In this document: positions 44,247 through 54,087 of the stretch, piece by piece
Position numbering within the stretch: the stretch's first letter is position 1
How the letters are laid out: each line of letters starts with the position of its first letter
From: Victivallales bacterium
Lineage (GTDB): Bacteria > Verrucomicrobiota > Lentisphaeria > Victivallales > GWF2-50-93
NCBI GenBank assembly: GCA_049297395.1
Contig: JBAQUG010000497.1
Span: 5,516-69,515, forward strand
Direction: 5' to 3'
Length of the DNA: 64,000 nt
The notes under the pieces: generated by a model
What the model saw: only the letters and a program-made list of their open reading frames with translations
Database searches by the model: none
What the model was told of the DNA's origin: nothing
Translations under genes and position numbers: made by a program

Positions 44247-45359
44247 TTATTTTAAACTTTGATACTTACGTCCTTCATATCGTTTATCCGGCAGGTGAAC
44301 CAGTTGGCGCAGCACTCTTCCTTCCTGTTTCCTTGTATTCGTGGCGATTGGACCACCGATGCTTCTTCTTTCGATGAAATCAGTAGGGACAAGTGTCAGT
44401 TTTGGCGGAAGTTTTTCCTGCTCGATCCAGTCGATGATGCAATTCGCGGAAATACGCCCTATCTCCTCGGGATGCTGTTCCACGGTCGCTATCGGGGGGG
44501 TATGATAGATTCCCTCATCGAGGTTCGCATATCCGACAAGGGCGATGTCATCGGGAATGGAGAGTCCTTTTTCAGACGCGGCCTTCGCAAATCCAATGGC
44601 GGCCAGGTCCGAAGGCGCGAAAAAAGCGCTCATCCTGTTCCTGGCGGTGATGAGTTTCCTTCCGGCGTCAAGGCCGGCATCGGCGGAATTGTTGGAAGCG
44701 CCTTCGTCTATCAGCTCGGGCCTGTAGGGGATGCCGGCCTCAGCCAATGCCGCCTTGTAGCCGAGGAAACGGGGCTGGTATTTTTCAGTCTTTATTGTTG
44801 TCGCTGTCCTTATTGTCCCTATCCTGACATGCCCGAGCGCGATCAGGCGCCGCACTGCATCCTTCGCGCCGGTGAAGTCGTCGCTGGCGACGGAATGGAT
44901 CCAGGGTAGTTCATAAGGATGATCGATGTTGACAACAGGTATCTTTATCTTCATGAGATCCTTTTGAGCATCGCCCAGGGGCGAAGGAAGCGCGACTATG
45001 AATCCGCTGACCCTGAACTCCCGGAGCCGCATCAGGATGGCTTTGAACCTCTCATAGTTGCTCATGGTCTGCGTGATAATGACATGATAGCTTTTTTCTG
45101 AAGCGCTCTTTTCTATTTCATCGAGGATCCTGCCGAAGTAAGAGTTCTGGATTGCGGGGAGGAGCACGGCGATCAGGCGGGTGTTGCTGCTGCGCAGCGC
45201 CTGGACAAATGCGTTCTTCTGGTAGTCGTGGCGTCGGAGAGCCCTCTTTATCTTCTTTCTCAGCTCCGGCCCGACCTCGCCGTTCCGTCCATGGAGGACA
45301 TAGCTCACCGCCGCTATGGAGGTTCCGACTTCTTCAGCTATCTGTTTGAGTGTCGCCAT
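44247..45359 (-). CDS. LacI-family transcriptional regulator (full length)
   Basis: MATLKQIAEEVGTSIAAVSYVLHGRNGEVGPELRKKIKRALRRHDYQKNAFVQALRSSNTRLIAVLLP is the LacI HTH plus hinge, followed by a PBP1 domain. Confidence 0.9.
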   Translation of the reverse strand: MATLKQIAEEVGTSIAAVSYVLHGRNGEVGPELRKKIKRALRRHDYQKNAFVQALRSSNTRLIAVLLPAIQNSYFGRILDEIEKSASEKSYHVIITQTMSNYERFKAILMRLREFRVSGFIVALPSPLGDAQKDLMKIKIPVVNIDHPYELPWIHSVASDDFTGAKDAVRRLIALGHVRIGTIRTATTIKTEKYQPRFLGYKAALAEAGIPYRPELIDEGASNNSADAGLDAGRKLITARNRMSAFFAPSDLAAIGFAKAASEKGLSIPDDIALVGYANLDEGIYHTPPIATVEQHPEEIGRISANCIIDWIEQEKLPPKLTLVPTDFIERRSIGGPIATNTRKQEGRVLRQLVHLPDKRYEGRKYQSLK

Positions 45360-45487
45360 GAATGTAACTTAAATATTTAAGTCGATTTGTCAAGAAGCGG
45401 TGCTGATTTATTTTATTTTTTCCTGGAGTATGTAGACGGGTAACCGTCAAACTGGGTGACACAGCCTCATTTCGCGTATTAGACTAT

Positions 45488-45547
45488 GGCGTCCCGAACG
45501 CCCAAAACAGCCTCGGGACGCCTCGTGCCGGTTTCGGCGAAACCGGC
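45488..45547. repeat. Tandem perfect hairpins in a repeat-rich intergenic region
   Basis: GGCGTCCCGA (45488-45497) pairs with TCGGGACGCC (45513-45522), 10 bp. GCCGGTTTC (45527-45535) pairs with GAAACCGGC (45539-45547), 9 bp. Further elements in the region: GTAG-ACGGgtaaCCGT at 45431, GTTGGGCT..AGCCCGAC at 45665-45705, and two ccagcttaacg..ctccggca direct repeats. Confidence 0.6.
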
Positions 45548-45910
45548 ATACTTCTTACAAGCAGATTCGAATGCCCATAGCCAATACCAGCTTAACGGCT
45601 ACGTAAACGCCCTCCGGCAGTGGGTGTATTGAGGCCAATAGGTTTTTTCATGCAACAACAGTATGTTGGGCTTTCCTGCCCTGAGCCTGTCGAAGGGAGC
45701 CCGACAATTCTTAGATAGGCGGGTTAAAACCCACCTTACTTATGAGGCAAAAGCACCCAGCTTAACGCTTACCTCCGGCATTCCGCCCACTAGGAAATAT
45801 GTCTTGAGAATGTCAAGTATTCGTTGGTATAATGTGAAAATATCCACGTTTTGCCAACGTATAACGCGTGTACGGGGATCCCTTGGATGGTTTAAGCGGG
45901 ACCTTAATAG

Positions 45911-48900
45911 TTACTTTATCATGAACTTTACGATCCGCTGGTTGCCGACATCCGCGACATAAAGCCACTCAATTCCTTTTGCGTCCTTGATCGCGGCAAT
46001 CCCGGTCGGTTGGCGGAATGACATGCCGTCACGGTCGTCGAGAGTTCCAAACTTGCCATAGGACTTGAGGAATTTACCTTTTGAGTCAAGACAGACGAAA
46101 TTGTTTCTGGCGGGTTCGGTCAGCCAGACATGTCCGCTGCTGTCGGTGGTGATCCCGATTGGCTGGCGGAACGGGGTTGAACCATGTCCCTGGTGCGGAT
46201 CGAATTTGTCCTGCCAGATGATTTCAGCTTTTTGAGAGAGGCAGGTGACCGAGCGTGTTCCGCCGCCTGCAATGAATATTTTCCCGTCGGTTCCCAGGTG
46301 GAGTCCGTAATCGCCCCATGGCAGGGTGCCGCCGAGATGGATCAGTTTTTCCCTCTTTCCGTCGTCAGGGGAGTATCGGAAAATTGTCACAGTCGGTCCG
46401 CCAGCTTTAACTTCCGGATCGTCGAGCCGGAGGATCAGTCGCCCGTCGGATTCGACCTCGAGATCTGTAGGCGAGTACGACCAGTTGTCAAAGAGCGGCT
46501 TGTCTCCATTGAGCATTTTGGGTTTGTCCCAGCCGGTTGCGGTTTTCGCGCAGCGGTATACGTTCATGCCTCGGCTGTTGCTGTAGAAACCGAAATTGGA
46601 TGCCAGGTAGATTGAACCGTCCGGCGCCAGCGCGAACGACTGGATATCGGCATTAGGAAGCCCGGGATCATAGGCGATCTCGATGGTATCCGGAGTTCCA
46701 GGAGTGAGACGCATCAGCTTGTTGTGCGCCAGATAGTAGATCTTTCCACCGTTCACCTTGAGCTGGGTGGTTCCCTTCAAACTTTGTGTCTGCATTGATG
46801 AAAGTCCCGGGATCAGATCGCGTCTCGCTTCCAGTCCATTCCTGAGGATGAAATATTCCCTTGCGACAACACCGTTTGTTTCCTGCTGGAATCCTATGGC
46901 GATGCCAAGATCAGGGCTGATCGCAAGCGCGGTTGCCTTGGCTGGAAGGTTGAAGGACCATGATTTTGCGAATTTCGCATCTGATCCTCTATCAAAGCAG
47001 AGTATGGCCGTACCGTCGGAGTTCGTTGCAAGCATCTTCGAGCCGTCAGGAAAAACTGCGAGCTTCCCAAGCTTTTTAAATTCGTCCGAGGTAAGGGATT
47101 CAATTTCCTTGCCTGATGACGAAAACACTTTGATCCCGTCTGCCGAGACGAGGTAGATGTTGTCCTTTGCGTCCACTGCGCCGCCGGAGGCGGTGGTGTC
47201 CGCCAGCTTGTTGCTCGGCGTGCCGTTGACAGAATAGTCGAATGACATTGTGCCGTCTTCACGGAATTTATAGACGCCTTTCATGTCCGCAGGTTCGGGG
47301 CAGGTGAGATATGGATTGCCCCATTTGTCTATTGCCAGCAGCGAACTTCGCATTCCCGGCACCGGGAATCCGTATCCCCATTCGAGACGGAGAAGCCTTC
47401 CGGTGTTCGTCTCGTAGAGTGCGGGCTGGGTATGCCATGACATCGCGGCCAGACGCTTGTCCGGAGTGAGCCTCAGTGACCATGTGTCGAGGTACCTGGG
47501 ATTGGCAAGCTGCGCCCATCTCGGATCTCCTTCATCAGGCGTGTGGGCAAGATTGAGGGAGAGGCATTTCAGGTAGTTGCCATCCCTGTCGAAAAGCATT
47601 ACCTGCTCATGCGACGCAGCCCAGAGATTGCTTTCGGTGTCATATGCCAGATCGGTGATCGTTGAAAGGCGGCCGCGCACGTCGCCGATTATCGACTGCA
47701 AACCAAGGAAATCGACTTTGGGCGCATCCTTCACATCGGTGAAACCGTGCGGGATCTTGCGTTCGAGAAGGCCGCTCGGGAATCTGCCGTTGATGTCGTA
47801 TACTCTGACCAATGATGAGCGCTCGAGATTTCCCTTCGCCTGCCAGAACCGTCCTTCGCCGTAGGCCCTGATGGATTCATTCAGCAGGCGCATCGCCTCG
47901 CGGGCGTCGGGTTCGGAAAGTTCCGGAGCAGTCCGGCGGTAACGCAGATCATTGAGGAGATCCTTGGCGAACGTGATCATCGGGAGGAGTTTAGCCGATA
48001 TTTCCGGAGGCACCTCAACAGAACAGTTCTTAATCGAGACATTGCCTCCTTCAGCGCGGAACGAGCGCAGCATGAACGGTTCGAGTTCGAATGACAATGC
48101 CTTTCCGTCCTTGAGGGTGAGAGGTTCGCCGCCTGCGGCAGGGACGACTTTGGAGGCGTTTGCCGTTGAAAGTTCCACCTTCACATTTTTCGGCAGCCTG
48201 TTGACAGCATAGAAATAGAATCCGGGACTGATTTTCAGTTTGTCGGCCTCCTCCTTCTTCACTTCGCGTGTCCAGACTGCGACCGGATCGCGCGCCTTTT
48301 CGAAAGGAATGAACTTCAATGCTGGCAGCGCGCGGAATTCGCGGAGGAACGGGCTTAAAACCGGAGGTGTGCCGAACATCCATCCGTTTCCGCCGTTCAC
48401 AAAGAAGCTGGTGTCGGAATCCGCCATGGCGATGGCGTAGAGCTCGCGTTCATTTATGCCGCTAGGAGAGCTGCAGTCGAAGGCGCAGTAGCCTTTTTTG
48501 CCGCCCAGCTTTTCCCAGTCCAGGTTGTCATTGACCTCGTAGTAGTCGGTATAGATTGAAAAACCGCGGTCACCGAGTCGGGCGACAGTTTTGACATCCT
48601 CCGCATAGAGAGGATCGGACTTTTTGGCATCGCCGACCGGGGTTGAATATCGGCGCCCGTATCCGCCGCCCTGCACGATTACAAATCCGTCTTCGGCCGC
48701 ATAGCGGCGGTAGTCCATCCCGATCTCACGCATCTGTCCGAGTATGTCCTGGCTGTAGGCCTCTTTTGGATCCGGACCGAAATAGTTGAGGAACAGTTTT
48801 GCATCCGGTTTAGCCTGCCTGATCCTGTCGCGTAGCCTGCAATGGTAGTTAAATATTTTGTCGCAGCGCCAGCCGATCCACTTTTCACGCGCCGTTCCGG

Positions 48901-50983
48901 TTAGGAAGTCGAAGCGCTGGCGGAATCTTTTCGGATCTCCCGCCTTGCCGGGAACCTTCATGCCCGTATCCTTTTCAAACTGCGCAACTGTCCAGTCGTC
49001 ATATCCCCAGTTCAGGCTGGGCAGGGCGTTCCATCCCTGCCACTGCCAGGAGAGCATGAGGCGCGTAGAAATTCCCGCGAATGATTCGCAGTCACCGAGG
49101 CGGTCGGCTAGTTCGCCAAAGACGGAAATGTACATGTCCTGGATTTTAGGATGCAGGGCGTTGTAGCCGGCGGCCTTCCACCCGAACGAAGTCCCGCCAT
49201 CGCGGTTACGGATGATGTATTCCTCGGCAGTCGGCGCAATATGCAGTATCGATTCCTTCTTTCCATCATTTTCCTTTTCTTCATTCCATACGCCCATGAT
49301 GTGCTTGTCAAACCAGGCCTGTCCGCTGAGATGGAATTCCGCGACATATTTGCCGTGGTATTTTTCGGCCATCAGCGCGACCACCCTTGTCATGTCGTAC
49401 GATTCGCTGAAATATCCGTCGAGTATCTTGCTGGGATAGGCGTTGTACTGGTAGACGTTCGCGGTCGGGAACATCAGGTTGGCGCCGAGATACCTGTTCC
49501 ATTGGCCCCAGCGGTCGAGAGTGGTCAGATGTTCAATGAGCCCTGCTGGTCCTTCTCCCGCCTTTGCGCCGAAGAAGCGCATCCATCTGGGTCCCTCCTC
49601 GAAATAGAATCCCATGACGCGGCCGCTGGCAGGACCTGATGGACCGTCTGGCAGCGCGGAGTCGACCCTGTCGATCTGTATCTTTGCGGCGGCCGCCCTG
49701 TATCCAGGCACCAGGTTCAGGACCGCGACTACGATTCCTTCTTTCTTAAGAGGATAGAAAAACGCCTCGTGGGTCAGCAGGGAATTTGTCAGAGGATATT
49801 GGTCTCCGGTTTCCACGCCACCGGTCAAAGTGATGCCATTTCTGCCATCGGCGCCATCGTTGGTCCAGAATCCCATGCTGCGCCGCTCGTCGTCGGGATA
49901 AGTGACTCTCAAACGGTAAAGATGGTCCGTGTCCGGCAGGTCAAACTTATAGGAGAATCCATCGGTAGCCCAGTGATCCGACGTTCCTTTCCCAGACGAT
50001 TCACGGTACTTGCCAAATGGCGATTCGACAATTCTGCTTTCGCCGTCCTTTTCAAAAAATGTCTTGTCCTTTTCGACGGACTTTCCGTTGATGGTCTGGT
50101 TCACGCAGTCGATTTCAACAACCGTAGAAGTCTTTAGTTCGGCGGCCGGCGCCGGCGGATTCTTCGTGTCGATCACGATGAACATCCCGGCCTTGAGATC
50201 GGCGGGCCGTGAAAGTTTCTCCCCGGACTTGATGAGGAGCTGGAAGACTCCCTGCTGTGGGAACTCTATTTCAACTTCCTTTGAGATCGGTTCGGCGCTT
50301 ACGGGGAACTCCACTGTTCCGCATGGAGTGATCTCCTTGGTGTTCTCATTGCGGACGACGAGATCGTAGGATGCAGGGACCGTGGTTCCGCCGGAAAACG
50401 AAATCCTGATCTTTGTGCCGGCGCGGACGACGTTGTGGCCGACACCGGTTGCGCGGATGCAGCCTGCAGCTTCACCGTCCGTGCTTCTAAGCTCCCACTT
50501 GCTCGGCAGTGCTCCTGGAAAGCCCAGGCGGCGGATCCGGAGGGTATGCTTCCCTTCCTTTAGATAGAGGTTGGCCTCCTTCCACCAGGTGCCTTTTTCC
50601 CCTTTCCGGGATGCCAGGTCACTGTCTTCCTTATGCGAATATGTCAGGAGGAAAAGAATCCTGCCATCGAGGTAGATATCCCGGCTCCAGCCTGAGACGC
50701 CGTCTTTCTCCATCAGTTCGAACCAGCCGGATTTGGCGATAGTGAAATCATATTCGACCCAGCCGCCGGCGCCAAGGATGGTTCCCGCAACCTTCTGATC
50801 CTCCATCGACGAGATCCAGCCCTTCACTCCTGGCTTGAGCAATGCTGCAGGCCATTCCAGTTCCGAACGGTCATAGCTCCAGACATCGCGGGTGATGACA
50901 GGTTTTGTCTCAGCACCCTGAGGGTATACGGCAGATGCTGAAAGGAACACTGATGCAGCGATCATCAACGCTTTTTTTATCAT
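45911..50983 (-). CDS. Giant secreted GH-like protein, paralog A3, with a C-terminal NHL beta-propeller in place of the jelly-roll module
   Basis: MIKKALMIAASVFLSASAVYPQG is the signal peptide. Family blocks: FSYKFDLPDTDHLYRLRVTYPDDERR, NWGYDDWTVAQFEKDTGMKVPGKAGDPKRFRQRFDFL, FYFYAVNR. The C-terminus ..IEWLYVADVGNQRIVKFMIK is NHL-type. The ATG lies 1 nt after the GH29 stop. Confidence 0.85.
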   Translation of the reverse strand: MIKKALMIAASVFLSASAVYPQGAETKPVITRDVWSYDRSELEWPAALLKPGVKGWISSMEDQKVAGTILGAGGWVEYDFTIAKSGWFELMEKDGVSGWSRDIYLDGRILFLLTYSHKEDSDLASRKGEKGTWWKEANLYLKEGKHTLRIRRLGFPGALPSKWELRSTDGEAAGCIRATGVGHNVVRAGTKIRISFSGGTTVPASYDLVVRNENTKEITPCGTVEFPVSAEPISKEVEIEFPQQGVFQLLIKSGEKLSRPADLKAGMFIVIDTKNPPAPAAELKTSTVVEIDCVNQTINGKSVEKDKTFFEKDGESRIVESPFGKYRESSGKGTSDHWATDGFSYKFDLPDTDHLYRLRVTYPDDERRSMGFWTNDGADGRNGITLTGGVETGDQYPLTNSLLTHEAFFYPLKKEGIVVAVLNLVPGYRAAAAKIQIDRVDSALPDGPSGPASGRVMGFYFEEGPRWMRFFGAKAGEGPAGLIEHLTTLDRWGQWNRYLGANLMFPTANVYQYNAYPSKILDGYFSESYDMTRVVALMAEKYHGKYVAEFHLSGQAWFDKHIMGVWNEEKENDGKKESILHIAPTAEEYIIRNRDGGTSFGWKAAGYNALHPKIQDMYISVFGELADRLGDCESFAGISTRLMLSWQWQGWNALPSLNWGYDDWTVAQFEKDTGMKVPGKAGDPKRFRQRFDFLTGTAREKWIGWRCDKIFNYHCRLRDRIRQAKPDAKLFLNYFGPDPKEAYSQDILGQMREIGMDYRRYAAEDGFVIVQGGGYGRRYSTPVGDAKKSDPLYAEDVKTVARLGDRGFSIYTDYYEVNDNLDWEKLGGKKGYCAFDCSSPSGINERELYAIAMADSDTSFFVNGGNGWMFGTPPVLSPFLREFRALPALKFIPFEKARDPVAVWTREVKKEEADKLKISPGFYFYAVNRLPKNVKVELSTANASKVVPAAGGEPLTLKDGKALSFELEPFMLRSFRAEGGNVSIKNCSVEVPPEISAKLLPMITFAKDLLNDLRYRRTAPELSEPDAREAMRLLNESIRAYGEGRFWQAKGNLERSSLVRVYDINGRFPSGLLERKIPHGFTDVKDAPKVDFLGLQSIIGDVRGRLSTITDLAYDTESNLWAASHEQVMLFDRDGNYLKCLSLNLAHTPDEGDPRWAQLANPRYLDTWSLRLTPDKRLAAMSWHTQPALYETNTGRLLRLEWGYGFPVPGMRSSLLAIDKWGNPYLTCPEPADMKGVYKFREDGTMSFDYSVNGTPSNKLADTTASGGAVDAKDNIYLVSADGIKVFSSSGKEIESLTSDEFKKLGKLAVFPDGSKMLATNSDGTAILCFDRGSDAKFAKSWSFNLPAKATALAISPDLGIAIGFQQETNGVVAREYFILRNGLEARRDLIPGLSSMQTQSLKGTTQLKVNGGKIYYLAHNKLMRLTPGTPDTIEIAYDPGLPNADIQSFALAPDGSIYLASNFGFYSNSRGMNVYRCAKTATGWDKPKMLNGDKPLFDNWSYSPTDLEVESDGRLILRLDDPEVKAGGPTVTIFRYSPDDGKREKLIHLGGTLPWGDYGLHLGTDGKIFIAGGGTRSVTCLSQKAEIIWQDKFDPHQGHGSTPFRQPIGITTDSSGHVWLTEPARNNFVCLDSKGKFLKSYGKFGTLDDRDGMSFRQPTGIAAIKDAKGIEWLYVADVGNQRIVKFMIK
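45914..47722 (-). other. NHL/beta-propeller region of A3 (last 603 aa), homologous to the free-standing protein 5814-7484
   Basis: LQSIIGDVRGR aligns with FQKIIGDMRGR at the start. At the end, FRQPIGITTDSSGHVWLTEPARNNFVCLDSKGKFL..FRQPTGIAA..WLYVADVGNQRIVKF aligns with FGAPRATAIDSHGRIWVADTAKNKVFCLSPRGKLL..FDNPSAVAI..FLYVGDSGNQRIVKY. Confidence 0.75.
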
Positions 50984-50984
50984 A

Positions 50985-53219
50985 TCACCGGGCTTTCATC
51001 TTTATGTCTTCCATGTCGTTTATCCGGCATGTGAACCAGTTGGCACAGCTGCCGCGATGACATTTGACGAGGAGGATATTGCTTCCTTTCCTGAGGTGTA
51101 TTTCCGCCGGGCCGGGCTTCCATCCGTTGAACTGCGAACCGTCCTCGGCCATGGCCGAAGCTGGACGGCATCCGGCGAGGGGACTGCCATTGATCCAGGC
51201 TTTCGCCCACCAGTCGCAGCCGATAAGAAGGAGAGCCTTGCATTCCTTTGAGCTTATAATTTCCGTCCTGGCATAGCATACCCCGCTGTGCCTGGAACCG
51301 CAGCGGTATGGAAAGTCGACACCAATGTCCGAATGTTCGCCTTCGCGAAGCTTGGAATGCTGCCACCTGACTTTATCTTTTCCAATTCCCTGATAGGATT
51401 TTTTCAAGTCGAATTCCTTCTCCGGGGGGAAAACCGTGGACATTGCCTTGCGAACTTCGCAGACAGGAGCCTGCGGCCCGAATGCCGTGGGGAACGGTCC
51501 GATGGTCAACCAGTTCTCTGAAGGAATGGGTTTCCAATGGGGCGTGACTTTCAGAGCGTAGATTCCGAGTTTCTCAATTGATTTTATCAACAGCCTGTGA
51601 TGTCCATGTGAAAGGTGCTTGTTCTCCAGGATTACAGTATCAGGGCATCCTCCGTAACGCAGGAGGCCCACAGGTTTCATCAGATCACCGTCAAGACGTA
51701 TCTCAATGGAAGATGCTTTTTTCGTGATCAGTCCGACGGCTATGTCGTAGACCCCGTCCGCCGGCACTGCAATATTCAAAATTGGAAACAGGCTTTCCGG
51801 CAATGAAAAAACAGTCCGTCCAGTCCAGCCCGGACACCATTTGGACGAGTCGGAGCCGACAAGGGTTCTGGAATTTTGGATGAGAATTTTAAGCGGCCTC
51901 CCCTCTATGACAGGAGGTTCGGGCGGTGAAAAACGGTCGCTGTCCTGGCCGAGTACCGGAGCCTCCCCCTTTTTCATGCGGATACCGTTCCTGGCATGGC
52001 CTAGCGTATCGGCGGGGATGCCGAAAGTCTTTGATTTAATGGAAAGAACCTCAGGTAGATTGTCATGGGAGATCTTAGGCAGGCCGCCAACATCTATTGT
52101 CATGTCCGATTCCGTTTTTATTTTCAGTTCTGAATAGCCTTCCAGGATGCAGGCTTCGAAATTCCTGGAATTGAGACCTTCCAGCCGGATGTTTTTTCCT
52201 GTGTTTCTGGAAATGAAGAAGAAGGCCTTCTGTCCTTTTGATGTTACCGGACCACAGGCGTGGTTGGCTTCGCTGTATGCGGTGCGCTGCGTGCCGTAAA
52301 TGGCGTCGCCGTTTGTCTTGAGCCATTTCCCTATTGTCTCGAGTCGTTTTGTAAATTCGGGCTGGATCGTGCCATCGGCCTTTGGGCCGACATTGAGGAG
52401 GAGGTTTCCTTCAAAGCGTGCCGCGTAGATGAGGCAGTCAATTACTTCCTGCGGGGATTTGAAATTCCTGTCCGAAGGGTTGTATCCCCAGCTTTGATTG
52501 AGGGTCATGCATGCCTCCCAGCGCTGTCCGGCCGCCGGTGCGGTGACGTGCTGCTCTGGCGTGATGAAATCCTCATGAAGACCCGAGCGATCATTGATCA
52601 ATATGTCGGGCTGTAGACGGCGGACCATTGCATTCAGCTCCCTGGAGCGCCAGTATTTCGCCTGCATTTTGTCGTCCTGCATCCCCGGTACGACTGCGCC
52701 GTCATACCAGAGCATGTCTATCCTGCCGTAATTGCCCATGATTTCACGGACCTGTGCATGGGATTCCTTCACCATTGCCGCCCAGCCCTTGGGATCGGCT
52801 GTGGGTCCAGTAAGGATTGCAGGCCATTGCCAGCTCATGACAGAATGATACAGTCCGATCCGGAGCCCGGCCCTGCGGCATGCGTCGACGAATTCCCTCA
52901 CGAAGTCGCGTCCCGCCGCAGTTTTTACGGAATTGTAGTCGCTCACCTTGCTGTCATACATTGCGAATCCGTCATGATGCCTGGTAGTGAATACCATGTA
53001 CTTCGCACCGGCCCTTACTGCGAGATCCGCCCATTCTTCGGCATTGAACTTATCGGGGGGATTGAACTGTTCTGTGAGCCTGTTGTATTCCGGCTTCGGG
53101 ATCTTCTCCTTGAACATCACCCATTCCCCGCGCCCCCATATCGAGTAGATCCCCCAGTGTACGAATATTCCGAATTTTGCTTCATTGAACCAAGACTGTC
53201 CCGTCTTTCGATTTTCCAT
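50985..53219 (-). CDS. GH29 alpha-L-fucosidase with beta-sandwich linker and the shared C-terminal jelly-roll module; no N-terminal signal peptide
   Basis: WFNEAKFGIFVHWGIYSIWGRGEWVM, MVFTTRHHDGFAMYDSKVSDYNS and IDMLWYDGA are canonical GH29 blocks. The N-terminus MENRKTGQSW lacks a hydrophobic segment. Confidence 0.85.
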   Translation of the reverse strand: MENRKTGQSWFNEAKFGIFVHWGIYSIWGRGEWVMFKEKIPKPEYNRLTEQFNPPDKFNAEEWADLAVRAGAKYMVFTTRHHDGFAMYDSKVSDYNSVKTAAGRDFVREFVDACRRAGLRIGLYHSVMSWQWPAILTGPTADPKGWAAMVKESHAQVREIMGNYGRIDMLWYDGAVVPGMQDDKMQAKYWRSRELNAMVRRLQPDILINDRSGLHEDFITPEQHVTAPAAGQRWEACMTLNQSWGYNPSDRNFKSPQEVIDCLIYAARFEGNLLLNVGPKADGTIQPEFTKRLETIGKWLKTNGDAIYGTQRTAYSEANHACGPVTSKGQKAFFFISRNTGKNIRLEGLNSRNFEACILEGYSELKIKTESDMTIDVGGLPKISHDNLPEVLSIKSKTFGIPADTLGHARNGIRMKKGEAPVLGQDSDRFSPPEPPVIEGRPLKILIQNSRTLVGSDSSKWCPGWTGRTVFSLPESLFPILNIAVPADGVYDIAVGLITKKASSIEIRLDGDLMKPVGLLRYGGCPDTVILENKHLSHGHHRLLIKSIEKLGIYALKVTPHWKPIPSENWLTIGPFPTAFGPQAPVCEVRKAMSTVFPPEKEFDLKKSYQGIGKDKVRWQHSKLREGEHSDIGVDFPYRCGSRHSGVCYARTEIISSKECKALLLIGCDWWAKAWINGSPLAGCRPASAMAEDGSQFNGWKPGPAEIHLRKGSNILLVKCHRGSCANWFTCRINDMEDIKMKAR
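50988..51512 (-). other. Shared C-terminal jelly-roll module, copy in GH29
   Basis: WLTIGPFPTAF...FPPEKEFDLKKSYQGIGKDKVRW...CKALLLIGCDWWAKAWINGS...FNGW...HLRKGSNILLVKCHRGSCANWFTCRINDMED. Confidence 0.7.
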
Positions 53220-53250
53220 GTCTGATTATTCTATCCTTTTCATTAAGATA

Positions 53251-53976
53251 TTAAAATTCCGCTGCACCTGCATCTTTTATAAGCCATTTCGACGCCTGGG
53301 GAAATGGATACGCTTCTGGTAGGCCAGGAAACACACTGGCTCCAAGAGCCTGGGCATGACCGTCAAAGAAAAGGGTGTTGCTTCTGCCTCCGAACCATAC
53401 GCCGTTTGATGCCTGCCTGCCGCCGTGACGAAGTGAAATATTGCCGGTAATGTAGAACTCCGTCCACTTGAGACGAAGCTGGCCTGCGTCATTGCTGTCC
53501 ATGAAATTGATTTTGGAGCTTGGCGATTTGAACTCCGAGAGCTTGCAGGTTATTCCAAGGTTGGGGGAATCATCATTGCTGTTGACGTGTGCATTCTGCC
53601 CCCAGGAAGGATGGTTTCCGTTGAAAATCCCGGTCGGATTGTTCGGGCACACGAGAAAAATCCCCGCAGGCTGCTTGTCCATCGGTTTGCAGCTCTTGGA
53701 GGAGTCGAAGCCCAGGTATTCGGCGATCCTGACATATTCAGTGCAGCCCGCCTGGCTGTAAGGAAGGGGAACGTCTTTCCTGTCGGCAATATATTCGTTC
53801 CAGTCCATTATATACATTGCCTCAGCCGCGCCAACCGACTTGAGCTTGTTGATGCAGTCGATCTGCTTGGCCAGTTCCTTTGCATTCTTCAGCGCGGGCA
53901 GCAGCATCGCCGCAAGGATTGCGATGATCGCAATAACCACAAGCAATTCGATCAGTGTGAACAGATGATTTTTCAT
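53251..53976 (-). CDS. Prepilin-type / DUF1559 pseudopilin-like protein, P4
   Basis: [48 protein letters not shown] starts at ATG 53976. The ORF-track start at 54048 is a TTG. C-terminal [13 protein letters not shown] is a DGH box. GH29 starts 31 nt after the stop. Confidence 0.85.
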   Translation of the reverse strand: MKNHLFTLIELLVVIAIIAILAAMLLPALKNAKELAKQIDCINKLKSVGAAEAMYIMDWNEYIADRKDVPLPYSQAGCTEYVRIAEYLGFDSSKSCKPMDKQPAGIFLVCPNNPTGIFNGNHPSWGQNAHVNSNDDSPNLGITCKLSEFKSPSSKINFMDSNDAGQLRLKWTEFYITGNISLRHGGRQASNGVWFGGRSNTLFFDGHAQALGASVFPGLPEAYPFPQASKWLIKDAGAAEF

Positions 53977-54087
53977 GGCAGCACCTTGCACGTTTATTAT
54001 ACTCCTTTGCCCTGTCGGAAAACTGCCATCGTGCCCGGATGGATTCAAAACCTGAACCTGCCGCTGCCCGGCTGCGATGACAATGGC

